DNA of 64,000 bases from Pseudomonadota bacterium (lineage in GTDB: Bacteria > Pseudomonadota > Gammaproteobacteria > Burkholderiales > Burkholderiaceae_D): NCBI GenBank assembly GCA_040385645.1, contig JAZKGZ010000016.1:36935-100934 (forward strand), written 5' to 3'. The notes beneath the pieces are model-generated. The model ran no database searches. It was not told the origin of the DNA and saw only the letters and a list, made by a program, of their open reading frames with translations. Shown here piece after piece: positions 29,233 through 38,297 of this stretch. The first letter of the stretch is position 1. Every line of letters starts with the position of its first letter. The position numbers were made by a program, and so were the translations under genes.

Positions 29233-30764
29233 GGCGCAATCACCGATCCTTGCGCCGCCTGCTGGGCGACGATATCGACTGCATTATTCGCCGCCAGCCG
29301 TACATGCCAGTAAGGATTGAAAAGGCTACCGATTTCCCGTGTTTCGGGGGCAGTGTCGGGCAACGACTGATTGCGCGTGACGCGGTAGCTGGTGACACCG
29401 CTTGTGTAGGAATCGTTGCCATGATTAAACCAGGGCCGTTCGAAATACACTTCGCTGGTTGCCATCGCCGACATCACACCGCCTGCAAGATCGGTCGAAA
29501 ACTTGTTAAGCCTCGGGGACGCCGGGATCGTGGATGCGCCGTCGGATGTACGCACCGCCGTTGCGTTACGTGTCAGCCGCACGGTGAAGCGCAGGCGCGG
29601 ATCGCTATCGTTTTGCATTGCTGGCGAAAGGTCATAAAACGCCGGCATGCCGGTGTAATTTTCCCAGGCATTGGACGATGCTTGTCCATGGGCCTTCGGG
29701 TTGTCCGTAGGCGAGCCGCCTAACTTCGCGCCCGACGCATCTTCCTCCTGGCCAGACGGATAATCTCGTTGCTCGCCCCAGGAAACCTCGTCTTCCTCGT
29801 GCTTGCATTTAAAAGACAAAAAACCGCTTTTTTTCTTCCACTGCCATGCCGATTCGGTATCTTCAGATTTCCACTGATCGAGGCCAACCAAGCTGGTACC
29901 ACCGCGACGCTCAACGGAATTTTTCTTGCCGAAACAAAGGCTTGTTGTAAGCGGCAACACTGCCTTCGACGTCCACTTTCGGCTATCCACGAATTTATCC
30001 GACGCTGCTGCAACGGCCGATACTTCGGCAATACGCGTACGCTCGTCGCCGGTATAGCGCTTCACGAAATTGTTGAACGGATCACCTAGCGCGCCGCCAT
30101 TCGATGTAACAACCGCGTGTACGGCGACCGCCCCATCGCCAGCATAGTTGCGATCGGCCACCTGTTGCATGACGTCGGCTCGCGCCTTCGTGAAATTGTC
30201 CGCGCTATGCAACCACGATTCGGCCGCCTTGATCGCACCCTTGTTTATCTCGACCGCCGATACCGCCGCCTGCGCAACCGGCGGCACGTAGTTGCCGATC
30301 TGCTGAACGATCGGCACGATGGGGTTTTGTGGATAGCTGATGATGTAGCACATCACCGCGTAGAGAGGATCGTAGTTGAGCAGCGCGCCTGCAGCGGCAC
30401 CATAATAATTTTGGCACTCTGGAAATTTGTTCGGCACTTCCTCCACATGCATCTTGGCGTATTGCGCCCACGAAGATAGGCTCACCATTTGCGCTACCAG
30501 CACTTCGTTTGCCACCAGCGCGCGATTGTTGTAAGCATCGAAATTCAGCGCGCGTGCATGCATGACGCCGGCGCTATAAGCGACAGCGTCGGCGGTATTG
30601 ACGAGCTTGGTTTTTTCACCGACGAGTTGGCCGGTATTGAACAGAAAAAACAGCCCGACCAGGCTGCTGACCAACATGAAAATGCCGTAGATCAGTGCCT
30701 GGCCGCGTTGCCGTTTTATATTCCGCGATAATGACCGGCCTGACACGACGCGGGCGGGCTGCAT
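29229..30764 (-). CDS. TadG-like pilus assembly protein (Tad_N domain)
   Basis: RQRG/QALIYGIFMLVSSLVGLFFL followed by NTADAVAYSAGVMHARALN. Confidence 0.7.
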   Translation of the reverse strand: MQPARVVSGRSLSRNIKRQRGQALIYGIFMLVSSLVGLFFLFNTGQLVGEKTKLVNTADAVAYSAGVMHARALNFDAYNNRALVANEVLVAQMVSLSSWAQYAKMHVEEVPNKFPECQNYYGAAAGALLNYDPLYAVMCYIISYPQNPIVPIVQQIGNYVPPVAQAAVSAVEINKGAIKAAESWLHSADNFTKARADVMQQVADRNYAGDGAVAVHAVVTSNGGALGDPFNNFVKRYTGDERTRIAEVSAVAAASDKFVDSRKWTSKAVLPLTTSLCFGKKNSVERRGGTSLVGLDQWKSEDTESAWQWKKKSGFLSFKCKHEEDEVSWGEQRDYPSGQEEDASGAKLGGSPTDNPKAHGQASSNAWENYTGMPAFYDLSPAMQNDSDPRLRFTVRLTRNATAVRTSDGASTIPASPRLNKFSTDLAGGVMSAMATSEVYFERPWFNHGNDSYTSGVTSYRVTRNQSLPDTAPETREIGSLFNPYWHVRLAANNAVDIVAQQAAQGSVIAP

Positions 30765-30799
30765 TGGTGGAAGCCGTGAGTTCGCTAAAACTGCGTCGA

Positions 30800-31138
30800 T
30801 TACTGCGCGCCGGCTGCTGCGCCGGCTGTTTTTGCGGCACCCGTGTAATTATCTAAACCCTTTTTTGCACGTTGTGCATTGGCAAGCGTTGCTGCTTCTT
30901 TAGCTGTCTTCTGCGAATCCGCACCGTCTACACCCCCAACCTCATTCGCGATCGCAGCGGTCTGACTACGCACGACCTGACCAAAAATCTGATACACCGC
31001 AATTGCCGCAACCGCAATGAGCGCCACGATGATGATGTATTCAGTCATGCCTTGGCCCCGCTGAGCACCGGATTGGCGAACTGCGCCAACATATTTTTTA
31101 ATGGAAGCGAGATTTAGCGCGCGCTTGGTCCGGGTCAT
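30800..31138 (-). CDS. flp: Flp-family type IVc pilin with a long leader and an extended C-terminus
   Basis: QRG/QGMTEYIIIVALIAVAAIAVYQIF. It is the first gene of the locus and has a GGAGAG SD. Confidence 0.75.
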   Translation of the reverse strand: MTRTKRALNLASIKKYVGAVRQSGAQRGQGMTEYIIIVALIAVAAIAVYQIFGQVVRSQTAAIANEVGGVDGADSQKTAKEAATLANAQRAKKGLDNYTGAAKTAGAAAGAQ

Positions 31139-31214
31139 TGGTACTCTCCAATTTTTTGTAAAAAACAGCAGGAATTGCTGCTTTATTGATCGGAGAAATA
31201 TACGTATCGCGGCG

Positions 31215-31230
31215 TGCTACCACAACGCCA
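31215..31230 (-). promoter_or_regulatory. Possible sigma-54-type promoter upstream of flp
   Basis: The minus strand reads TGGCGT-tgtgg-TAGCA with GG/GC at the canonical spacing. It lies about 80-90 nt upstream of the flp ATG. Confidence 0.3.
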
Positions 31231-31425
31231 TGCAGTAAGCGTTGAGGAAAAGAAGAGTATTTCTGAGCTTGTTTCCTTGATTAAATTTCTTAAATGTATT
31301 AGTGATCTGTGGATACTAAATCGGCGACGCGGTGATAGTAAGCATGTACACTCTTTCAACCGCTATAATCACGTAAAATTTAGCGCGATAAAAACTAGTT
31401 AAGTTGAAAAATATTGCGTGACAGT

Positions 31426-31752
31426 ATGACAATATACGCGGCGTCGGATTTTATGGTCTCCCATATGTTTTCGGAAAATTCTACGCGGTTGTTAAAAGCC
31501 TTCAAATTTCAAGTGGATCAAGACATGACAGATAAATCAGCCTCGACCGAGCAAATCAGCGATGGTTGGCAGCATGCCGCAGCACGCCTGGATTGGACGA
31601 GCGCGCGTTTCGTGGAGGAAGGCATTCAGTTACAACCGGTGTACGGAACGCGCTATGCAGCCGACTTTATGAAAAATCGTATGATCGATATCGATATCGC
31701 GTTGCGCGTGTTACTGAATCCTGCGCAGCGCCGCAGTTATTCGAACTCTTGA
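31426..31752 (+). CDS. Hypothetical protein
   Basis: ORF in an AT-rich spacer. The start is uncertain. Confidence 0.35.
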   Translation: MTIYAASDFMVSHMFSENSTRLLKAFKFQVDQDMTDKSASTEQISDGWQHAAARLDWTSARFVEEGIQLQPVYGTRYAADFMKNRMIDIDIALRVLLNPAQRRSYSNS

Positions 31753-31816
31753 GCACTCGGGTTACCCGTAGCTTATTTGGGGCGATAGGTGGGATCGATG
31801 TCTGTTTTATATGCCG

Positions 31817-32047
31817 TTACTCGGCTTGAAATTCTGCCGCCGCTTTCGCTGTCCATAACGCTTTTTGATAACTTTCGAACGCTACGTCGTAGCTTTCCAA
31901 CAACCCTTCGTCATTGACGAAACGCGTCCACCAACCGCTTTCGTCTTGCTCAAGAACGATGTCGCCAGGTTGATAAACCGCACCAATTGGATCGCTTGCC
32001 TCCATTGTCACAATATTGACGCCATGATGATTGATGATGGTAGCCAT
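31817..32047 (-). CDS. Hypothetical protein (76 aa)
   Basis: ORF with acidic, protein-like composition. Confidence 0.4.
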   Translation of the reverse strand: MATIINHHGVNIVTMEASDPIGAVYQPGDIVLEQDESGWWTRFVNDEGLLESYDVAFESYQKALWTAKAAAEFQAE

Positions 32048-32152
32048 TCAATACCTGCCTGCAGGAAATTGTTGAAGGCCAATAATACAGCGGGGAACCC
32101 GATTGGACAAATCGGTTCCAGGTTTCGGTCAGATACTTAGTCGGTCACGCAT

Positions 32153-32863
32153 TTAGTTACCTACCTCGAACACATGCCCCTTGTATCGCAACACCGCACC
32201 TTTCTGCAAAATTCTCTCGAGTATCAGGCCAGGCGCAATTTCATCCCCCTCGCGTAGCATGCGTTTATCCACTAGCAACAAGCGCTCTTTCGGATCGGAG
32301 GAATAGATCGAGCCGCTGATGGCAACAGGCGGTACTTCGCTTCGAACCTGCGTTGGTAACTGCGACAATTTCATGGTCTGAGGCTTGGCAACTAAAGGTG
32401 TTGAATCAGGCAGCGTTACGGCAGATGGCAATCGAGCAATCGGGGCAGGCACTGGTAACTGCGACGTTGTAATAACCGTTTCAGGAGCCGGCACCGCCCT
32501 GCCGACTGTTTCGGAAATTGGTGCTGAAATGGCAGGCAGCCTTGGCTCGGTCATAGGTTCGGTCGTAGGTTTTGTCGTAAGCTTAGTTGTAGGCTCCGCA
32601 AAAGGCTTGACCGACCCCAAAGATTTCGAATCGGTTACCGGCACGATTCGAACCACTTGCGTCCACCACACAATTCCCGCTGCTGCGAGGATAGTGAAGA
32701 CAATCGATAACAACCACTTGGCCCAGCACTTGCGCCAATGGCTTTGTCGTGCGATCGACGAAGACGCCACCGAATGAGAGTCACCTTCTGGCAAGTGCTT
32801 GCGTGTCTGACCGGCGTGGCGCTCGGCCTCCGCCTTGTTAAGCGCATCGAGAATGAGCGACAT
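32153..32863 (-). CDS. GspB/ExeB-like protein
   Basis: MSLILDALNKAEAER N-terminus, single TM, Pro/Thr-rich linker, and a C-terminal block SGSIYSSDPKERLLLVDKRMLREGDEIAPGL. Immediately downstream of the ExeA-like gene. Confidence 0.65.
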   Translation of the reverse strand: MSLILDALNKAEAERHAGQTRKHLPEGDSHSVASSSIARQSHWRKCWAKWLLSIVFTILAAAGIVWWTQVVRIVPVTDSKSLGSVKPFAEPTTKLTTKPTTEPMTEPRLPAISAPISETVGRAVPAPETVITTSQLPVPAPIARLPSAVTLPDSTPLVAKPQTMKLSQLPTQVRSEVPPVAISGSIYSSDPKERLLLVDKRMLREGDEIAPGLILERILQKGAVLRYKGHVFEVGN

Positions 32864-32867
32864 GATT

Positions 32868-34649
32868 TTATTTTCTAAACGGTGTTGCCTGCGTGATTGC
32901 TGGCATGGCCGGCATAGCTGATAAATTAGTTGCGATGTCGTCGCCTGTCTGCAGCGTCGGCTCGGCGTCTCCTGCCGCTGCTGCCAAACGCATCAGTGTC
33001 TGAGGCCGGGCAACACCATCTGGAGTCAGACCTTGGGCAACCTGGAACTGTCGTAGGCGTACGTCTAGTATGCGATCGGCGACTGCCTCGGACGGTGGTA
33101 GCAACCCGACTTTTGCGAGCCGGCTCGCGATCCATACGCTGGTAGCGCCTCGCGCAGCTTTCGCGCTGACCGGCGCATACCCGGGCGGCCCACGCCATAG
33201 CGTGGTGAAGCCACCTCGCCAGCGGGTAGCCAACGTATCCAACGCTACCGTCTCGCTTCTTGCGCCCAACTGAATTGTTGCAGTACTGCTGCTCAACCCG
33301 GTCAGCACGGCGTAATACTTTTGACCCTGGTCATCGTAGAGAGTGAGGATACCGGGGCGATTCAATTGGCGAATCTCGGTCAGGCCATTTTTACCGATGT
33401 AGCAGTAGGTATCCTGGCGCTGTGCGGCTGAGCAAGAGCCGCCATCGCCGAGTTGTAACGACCAGAATTTTCCCAATTGACGAAAGGCATTTTGTAGATC
33501 GCGCACGTCGCTGGCAATCGTTACCGGTAGCGGCGACAACGGCGGTGGCGATGGCGAAACCACTGGTAGCGAATTTTGAGACGGGCGTGTCTGCGTCTCA
33601 GTACCCATGCTGTCGAGCGTGCTGCCGGCCGTAGAAAGTTCGGTCGTCATTTCCGAGCGTATCTGAGCCGTATTCGTCAAAGGAAAATTCAGCGAAGGAA
33701 AATTTATAAAAGACAACGTAACTGGCATCGACACCATCACGGCTGCGACACTCCCGAAACCTAGCAACGACCACGCAGCGATGCCGTACCAGAATCTCGA
33801 TCCCGACCTGCGAAGCCGCTCTGGGCCAAATATTTCATGCGCTGCAAGCGTGAGTATCTTCGCATCGACTTGCTGTTTTCCCCGCGCGTAGGCACCGAGT
33901 AGTGCCCGGTCGCTCAAAAGGTTGATGCGCCTCGGGATTCCGGCGGCGAGCCGATGAATGCGCCGCATAATCGATGCACTGAAAGGCCGGCTTCTTGCCC
34001 CACCGGCCACCATCAGCCGGTGAGCGATGTACTGCGCGGTTTCTTTTGCGGACAGCGCTTCCAAGTGAAACCTCGCGATGATCCGCTGCGCCAGTTGTTC
34101 CAGTTCCGGGCGAGCAAGCATCATCCTCAGTTCGGGCTGGCCGATGAGCACGATCTGCAGCAGCTTGCGCTCGTTTGTTTCCAGATTCGTTAGCAAACGC
34201 AGTTGTTCCAGGACATCGAGAGATAGATTCTGCGCTTCGTCGATGATCAAAATATTGTTTTGTTGTGAGGCGTGCGAACGCAATAAAAAAACATTCAACG
34301 CATCGACGTATTTCTTGGCAGTCGTCGCATCAGTGCTAGCAACGTTATCCCCCGAAACAACGATACCGAACTCGTCGCAAATGGATTGCAACAACTCCAC
34401 TGCCGTTTGCTTGGGATTAAAAATGTAAGCAACGTTGCATGTTGCAGGAATCTGTTCCAAAAAAAGACGGCAAACCGTCGTCTTGCCGGCACCGACCTCG
34501 CCCGTCAACAACACGAAGCCGCCACCGCCATCGAGCCCATACAACAGATGCGCCAACGCCTCGCGATGCCGCTGGCTCATAAACAGATAGCGGGGATCGG
34601 GGGCGATCGAGAATGGTTGCTGGTGCAGACCAAAAAAACGCGTGTACAT
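32868..34649 (-). CDS. ExeA/GspA-like AAA ATPase with a C-terminal peptidoglycan-binding domain
   Basis: FFGLHQQPFSIAPDPRYLF, Walker A GEVGAGKTT, and a PG_binding_1-like LRQFQVAQGLTPDGVARPQTLMRL. Confidence 0.85.
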   Translation of the reverse strand: MYTRFFGLHQQPFSIAPDPRYLFMSQRHREALAHLLYGLDGGGGFVLLTGEVGAGKTTVCRLFLEQIPATCNVAYIFNPKQTAVELLQSICDEFGIVVSGDNVASTDATTAKKYVDALNVFLLRSHASQQNNILIIDEAQNLSLDVLEQLRLLTNLETNERKLLQIVLIGQPELRMMLARPELEQLAQRIIARFHLEALSAKETAQYIAHRLMVAGGARSRPFSASIMRRIHRLAAGIPRRINLLSDRALLGAYARGKQQVDAKILTLAAHEIFGPERLRRSGSRFWYGIAAWSLLGFGSVAAVMVSMPVTLSFINFPSLNFPLTNTAQIRSEMTTELSTAGSTLDSMGTETQTRPSQNSLPVVSPSPPPLSPLPVTIASDVRDLQNAFRQLGKFWSLQLGDGGSCSAAQRQDTYCYIGKNGLTEIRQLNRPGILTLYDDQGQKYYAVLTGLSSSTATIQLGARSETVALDTLATRWRGGFTTLWRGPPGYAPVSAKAARGATSVWIASRLAKVGLLPPSEAVADRILDVRLRQFQVAQGLTPDGVARPQTLMRLAAAAGDAEPTLQTGDDIATNLSAMPAMPAITQATPFRK

Positions 34650-34901
34650 GCGCGAAGGCTAGCACGAGGTTGCACAAATGCGCTCTAGATCGGGCACGTC
34701 TTAGGCAGTGATCAAACGGCTATCCGCAACAGGGCCCTTTAACCATACAAAAACTCAATGAGTTTCAACTACGAAAGCGGGTAGACGTTTTCCCATACGA
34801 CTCTTCGCAAGAAAAATTACTAATTCAACAACATCTTTTAAAGTTCGCCCGCTTCGATAAGGTTGCCACCCGGCAGTCCAGCTATTAAAAGAGATGTTCC
34901 G

Positions 34902-35750
34902 ATGTCACCATCAAAGATCGGCGTTGTGCAAAATTTGTGCAGCGCTGTGCATCAGACAATCGTTCCGGCAGTTACGTCACCCGCATTGGCAGTTGCCAGT
35001 GAACTAGGCAGCTTGCCAAACTTGCGAAATTTTATGCAACGCCTGCGGTTTGCCAAACCAAAGGTTCAGGAGTGCGACAATATTAAAATCTTACGTCAGT
35101 ACATGAACATAGATTTGGCGCGGCAAATTCTTGAAGACAATCGCGCTTGCATTTTGCCGCGGGACGCAAATCTTCCGCCGCCAAACTGCGGCATGCTGGC
35201 AATCGTTGCTTACACCGCCGGCCATTTGGACCGACAAATCGCACACATGGAGCAAGTTTCCGCCAACGGCATCAATCGTCCCGAGTTTCGTCAACTTGCT
35301 TCAACCAAGGCGTTAATCGCCGGCACAATTTCAAGAATTCAAAAAACGGATGTTTCCATCGTTCGTCGTAACGTCCAATTTACAAAAGAGACCATTGCCG
35401 GCTATACCCCTGGAAAAACAATTCAATTCGATCGCCTCACCAGTGTCACCTACCACCCGCAACAAGTTTTTACAGGGGGTAATGTAGATTTTGTCATTCA
35501 TACCGCGAACGGCGTCGTATCCATCGACCCTTTGTCACATTTTAAAAGTACCGGATTGCAAACCAACGGCGGCGAAGCGGAGGGCATGCTCGATATCGAT
35601 AGCCGCTACAGTGTGATTGCCATTAATAGCGGCAAAGAAAACGGTAATCCATCGATTGATGAGAATTGTTATCCAACTAAAACGATCGTCTTGCAAGAAA
35701 TCGATACAAGCCAGCACGGTGCCATTTTTGAAGAAACGGCCCACTGCTAA
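34902..35750 (+). CDS. Putative mono-ADP-ribosyltransferase-like protein (R-S-ExE type)
   Basis: Ordered motifs IVRR, then GKTIQFDRLTSVT, then GGEAEGMLDIDSRYSVIAI. They have C3/VIP2/HopU1-like spacing and beta-strand context. No signal peptide. Confidence 0.55.
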   Translation: MSPSKIGVVQNLCSAVHQTIVPAVTSPALAVASELGSLPNLRNFMQRLRFAKPKVQECDNIKILRQYMNIDLARQILEDNRACILPRDANLPPPNCGMLAIVAYTAGHLDRQIAHMEQVSANGINRPEFRQLASTKALIAGTISRIQKTDVSIVRRNVQFTKETIAGYTPGKTIQFDRLTSVTYHPQQVFTGGNVDFVIHTANGVVSIDPLSHFKSTGLQTNGGEAEGMLDIDSRYSVIAINSGKENGNPSIDENCYPTKTIVLQEIDTSQHGAIFEETAHC

Positions 35751-35831
35751 CAAAAACTTACTTCAGTTTTGCAACAATGCTTGCCACAAAAAAGTGCGAT
35801 AGTGGGGCATCGACGCACCGGAGGCATATTC

Positions 35832-36074
35832 GTGAAATATTTTTTCATTCTGATTTGTACATATTTCTGCATCAATTCGGCAGCGCAAGCCCAAGTTTAT
35901 TTCAACTCAGGCAGTGCCAAACCGCAAAACCCGGAAAGCATGAAACGCGAGATCGGGCAAGACCACGCGACAAAACGTAAAGAGCGCGCGAAACGGTTGC
36001 TGGTGCGTTGCCAGGATGGGTCGCGCCATACCACCCGGGTATGCGCCCGTCATGGTGGCGTAGCCGGCCGCTAG
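35832..36074 (+). CDS. Small secreted DUF3761-like protein
   Basis: GGAGG followed by a GTG start. Signal peptide VKYFFILICTYFCINSAAQA. C-terminal CQDGSRHTTRVCARHGGV resembles the DUF3761 C-x-DG...C-x-x-HGGV signature. Confidence 0.55.
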   Translation: MKYFFILICTYFCINSAAQAQVYFNSGSAKPQNPESMKREIGQDHATKRKERAKRLLVRCQDGSRHTTRVCARHGGVAGR

Positions 36075-36151
36075 CACAAAGCTGCCGTCAGGCAAAATGC
36101 GCGTATAGTTGGAGGTCATTTTTTTACCGGTCAGATTTGATCGCTCCGTGC

Positions 36152-36805
36152 ATGCCGCTTGCCACGTCTTCTGTAATCACTTCTGCAATTGAGCGCTCAG
36201 GCCTGTCGGTCGTAGCCATATTCTTGCTCGCAATACCCGGTCTGAGCTATCTACAATGGCTGCAAGACCCTTCGCTCGCACAGGAAAATGGTGTGCTCGA
36301 ATGGCTTCAAGTCAGCATGATCCTGTTCGCCTGCGTCATGCATTCAGGGCGTGCAGGCCAGCTTGACAGATCGTCGCTGCTGTTTGTAACGCACGCCGGT
36401 TTGGCCCTGCTGACTTACTCCTTCGCATTGCGCGAACTCGACTTCGAACAGTTTGGCAGCTCCCCGCTCTGGTTATTGCTGGAAAAAAGCTTGCGCCTAA
36501 TACGCACCGTATTGTGGCTTGGATTTTTCATGTTGATGTATTTTCGAATGAAAGTGATCTTTTCCCAGCGGGCTTTCCTGTTCCGACTCCCGGTCGTATG
36601 GATGAGCCTCATCGGCGGGTTATTTTTGATTGCGGGTGGTCTTTTCGACAGGCAGGTTTTCTCCAACATTGCGCAACCTAGCTCGCGCTTTGCGGAGGAA
36701 GTGCTCGAGCTGAACGGTTATTTCATGATTCTCGCCGCGACTTTTTTTAGAAGTGCGACAAAACCGACTGCGGCACGTGTTGCGCATGTCGGACATGTTG
36801 AATAG
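36152..36805 (+). CDS. Integral membrane hypothetical protein
   Basis: Several hydrophobic helices. I trimmed the start to the first ATG after the upstream stop. Confidence 0.5.
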   Translation: MPLATSSVITSAIERSGLSVVAIFLLAIPGLSYLQWLQDPSLAQENGVLEWLQVSMILFACVMHSGRAGQLDRSSLLFVTHAGLALLTYSFALRELDFEQFGSSPLWLLLEKSLRLIRTVLWLGFFMLMYFRMKVIFSQRAFLFRLPVVWMSLIGGLFLIAGGLFDRQVFSNIAQPSSRFAEEVLELNGYFMILAATFFRSATKPTAARVAHVGHVE

Positions 36806-36935
36806 GTATTGAAGCTAAGTATCTGCGCTCTGTGGCACACATAACTATCGCATGTGCATATCCGCCACAGATTCCACCGGATACATAGGTCTGGCAATAT
36901 AATTTGCCAGCACAAACTCGATCCGGTTCATTGAC

Positions 36936-38240
36936 ATGTCTTCGCTGCCCGTTGCAACGCCTTCTCGTCACATTCCATTTGCAGCGCCGCGTGCAGAAAA
37001 ATTTGCCACAACATTTGCAAAAGTCTCACGCAAACGTTCGGCTTTCAACACGTTGCCATTGATATGCGTCGTGGTGGCAGCAGGTTGCGCTACACCACAG
37101 CGCCCGCCGACCGTTGGCGTGAAGGCACCCTTGCCTGTTTTGGCACCAGTGGTTGCGCCCGCAACTTTGCCGACGCCGACCTTGCCGCCTTTAACGAATC
37201 AGAGCCCGATCGGCGTCGGCGTCAATCCGCCGTCACCAGCCGCGACTTCTGCTACGTCACCGCCTGATACACCACAGCCTGCAACATCAACGGTAGCCAC
37301 GCCGGTGCCGGCCACAGCACTCGATGCTAAAGCCGCATTGCTGCAAGCCTGGGTGAACCAGCAACAGCGCCTGTATCAGGTTGCCGCGCCGCTGTTACTA
37401 AAAAATACCGACTTATGCCCGGCACAGTCGCGCCGCATTCTCGGCTTTACCGCAAAAAACCGGTTTTCTTATTCGAACGATTTCGCGGATGTGGCCCGGC
37501 AGGTGCTGGGTCTGGACGATCAGCTTCAAATAACCAGCGTACTACCTGGTAGCGGCGCGATGCTGGCTGGCATAAAACCGGGCGACATTCTTCTGGCGGC
37601 TGGCGGCAAAAACTTGCCGACAGGGCCGAACGCCGAGCGTGCATCCAGCAGCATCATTGCCGAATCGATCCAGGGTAATGCCCCGATCGAGCTGACCGTA
37701 CTCAACGGCAGCGACACCACCATCGTCGAAGTCGTGCTCACGCGCGCGTGTGCGGTCGCAATCGATCTCGGCAACAGCGATGATGTCAATAGCCATGCCG
37801 ATGGCCGCCGCGTGATGGTAACTCGAGGAATGCTTGGGTTTGTACGCTCGGACGAAGAACTGGCGTATGTGCTGGCGCGGGAAATTGCTGCCAATATCAT
37901 TTCGCCAACGCCTAGACCTGCGGTCAGTACCGTGATCGATCGCTTGCATACGCTCAGCATCAACACCGCACCGACGCCAGACGAAGCGCCCATTCCATCG
38001 ACGACCTCACCTACCGACGCATCCGTTGAAAAGCTTGCGCTATATATGCTGGCCCGGGCCGGATATGGCATCGACGGCGTGGCAGCTTTCTGGGAGCGGC
38101 TCAATGCAGCATTCCCTGCCGATATCCGTAACAGCCATGCTGCAACGCATTCGCTGCTGTCCGAGCGCTTGAATGTCATTGCCCAAACGACGCAAGCTAT
38201 CAAAAATAAGCAAAAAAGTGGCGTGCCGCTGCGACCTTGA
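36936..38240 (+). CDS. Lipoprotein with a PDZ domain and an M48-peptidase-like region that lacks the HExxH histidines
   Basis: Lipobox VVAAGC, PDZ-like ITSVLPGSGAMLAGIKPGDILL, and ELAYVLAREIAANI where M48 enzymes have ELAxVLxHEIxHV. Confidence 0.6.
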   Translation: MSSLPVATPSRHIPFAAPRAEKFATTFAKVSRKRSAFNTLPLICVVVAAGCATPQRPPTVGVKAPLPVLAPVVAPATLPTPTLPPLTNQSPIGVGVNPPSPAATSATSPPDTPQPATSTVATPVPATALDAKAALLQAWVNQQQRLYQVAAPLLLKNTDLCPAQSRRILGFTAKNRFSYSNDFADVARQVLGLDDQLQITSVLPGSGAMLAGIKPGDILLAAGGKNLPTGPNAERASSSIIAESIQGNAPIELTVLNGSDTTIVEVVLTRACAVAIDLGNSDDVNSHADGRRVMVTRGMLGFVRSDEELAYVLAREIAANIISPTPRPAVSTVIDRLHTLSINTAPTPDEAPIPSTTSPTDASVEKLALYMLARAGYGIDGVAAFWERLNAAFPADIRNSHAATHSLLSERLNVIAQTTQAIKNKQKSGVPLRP

Positions 38241-38297
38241 CCTAAAGAATCGCAAAAACCTGGCGTTAACGAGGTACAGATCACCAGGGAGGCGGCA

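Noticed and set aside
31150-31180. Small hairpin followed by a T-run in the flp 5' leader (CAGCA-attcc-TGCTG-TTTTTT on the minus strand) as a possible attenuator
   Set aside because: A stem of only 5 bp is too weak to call.
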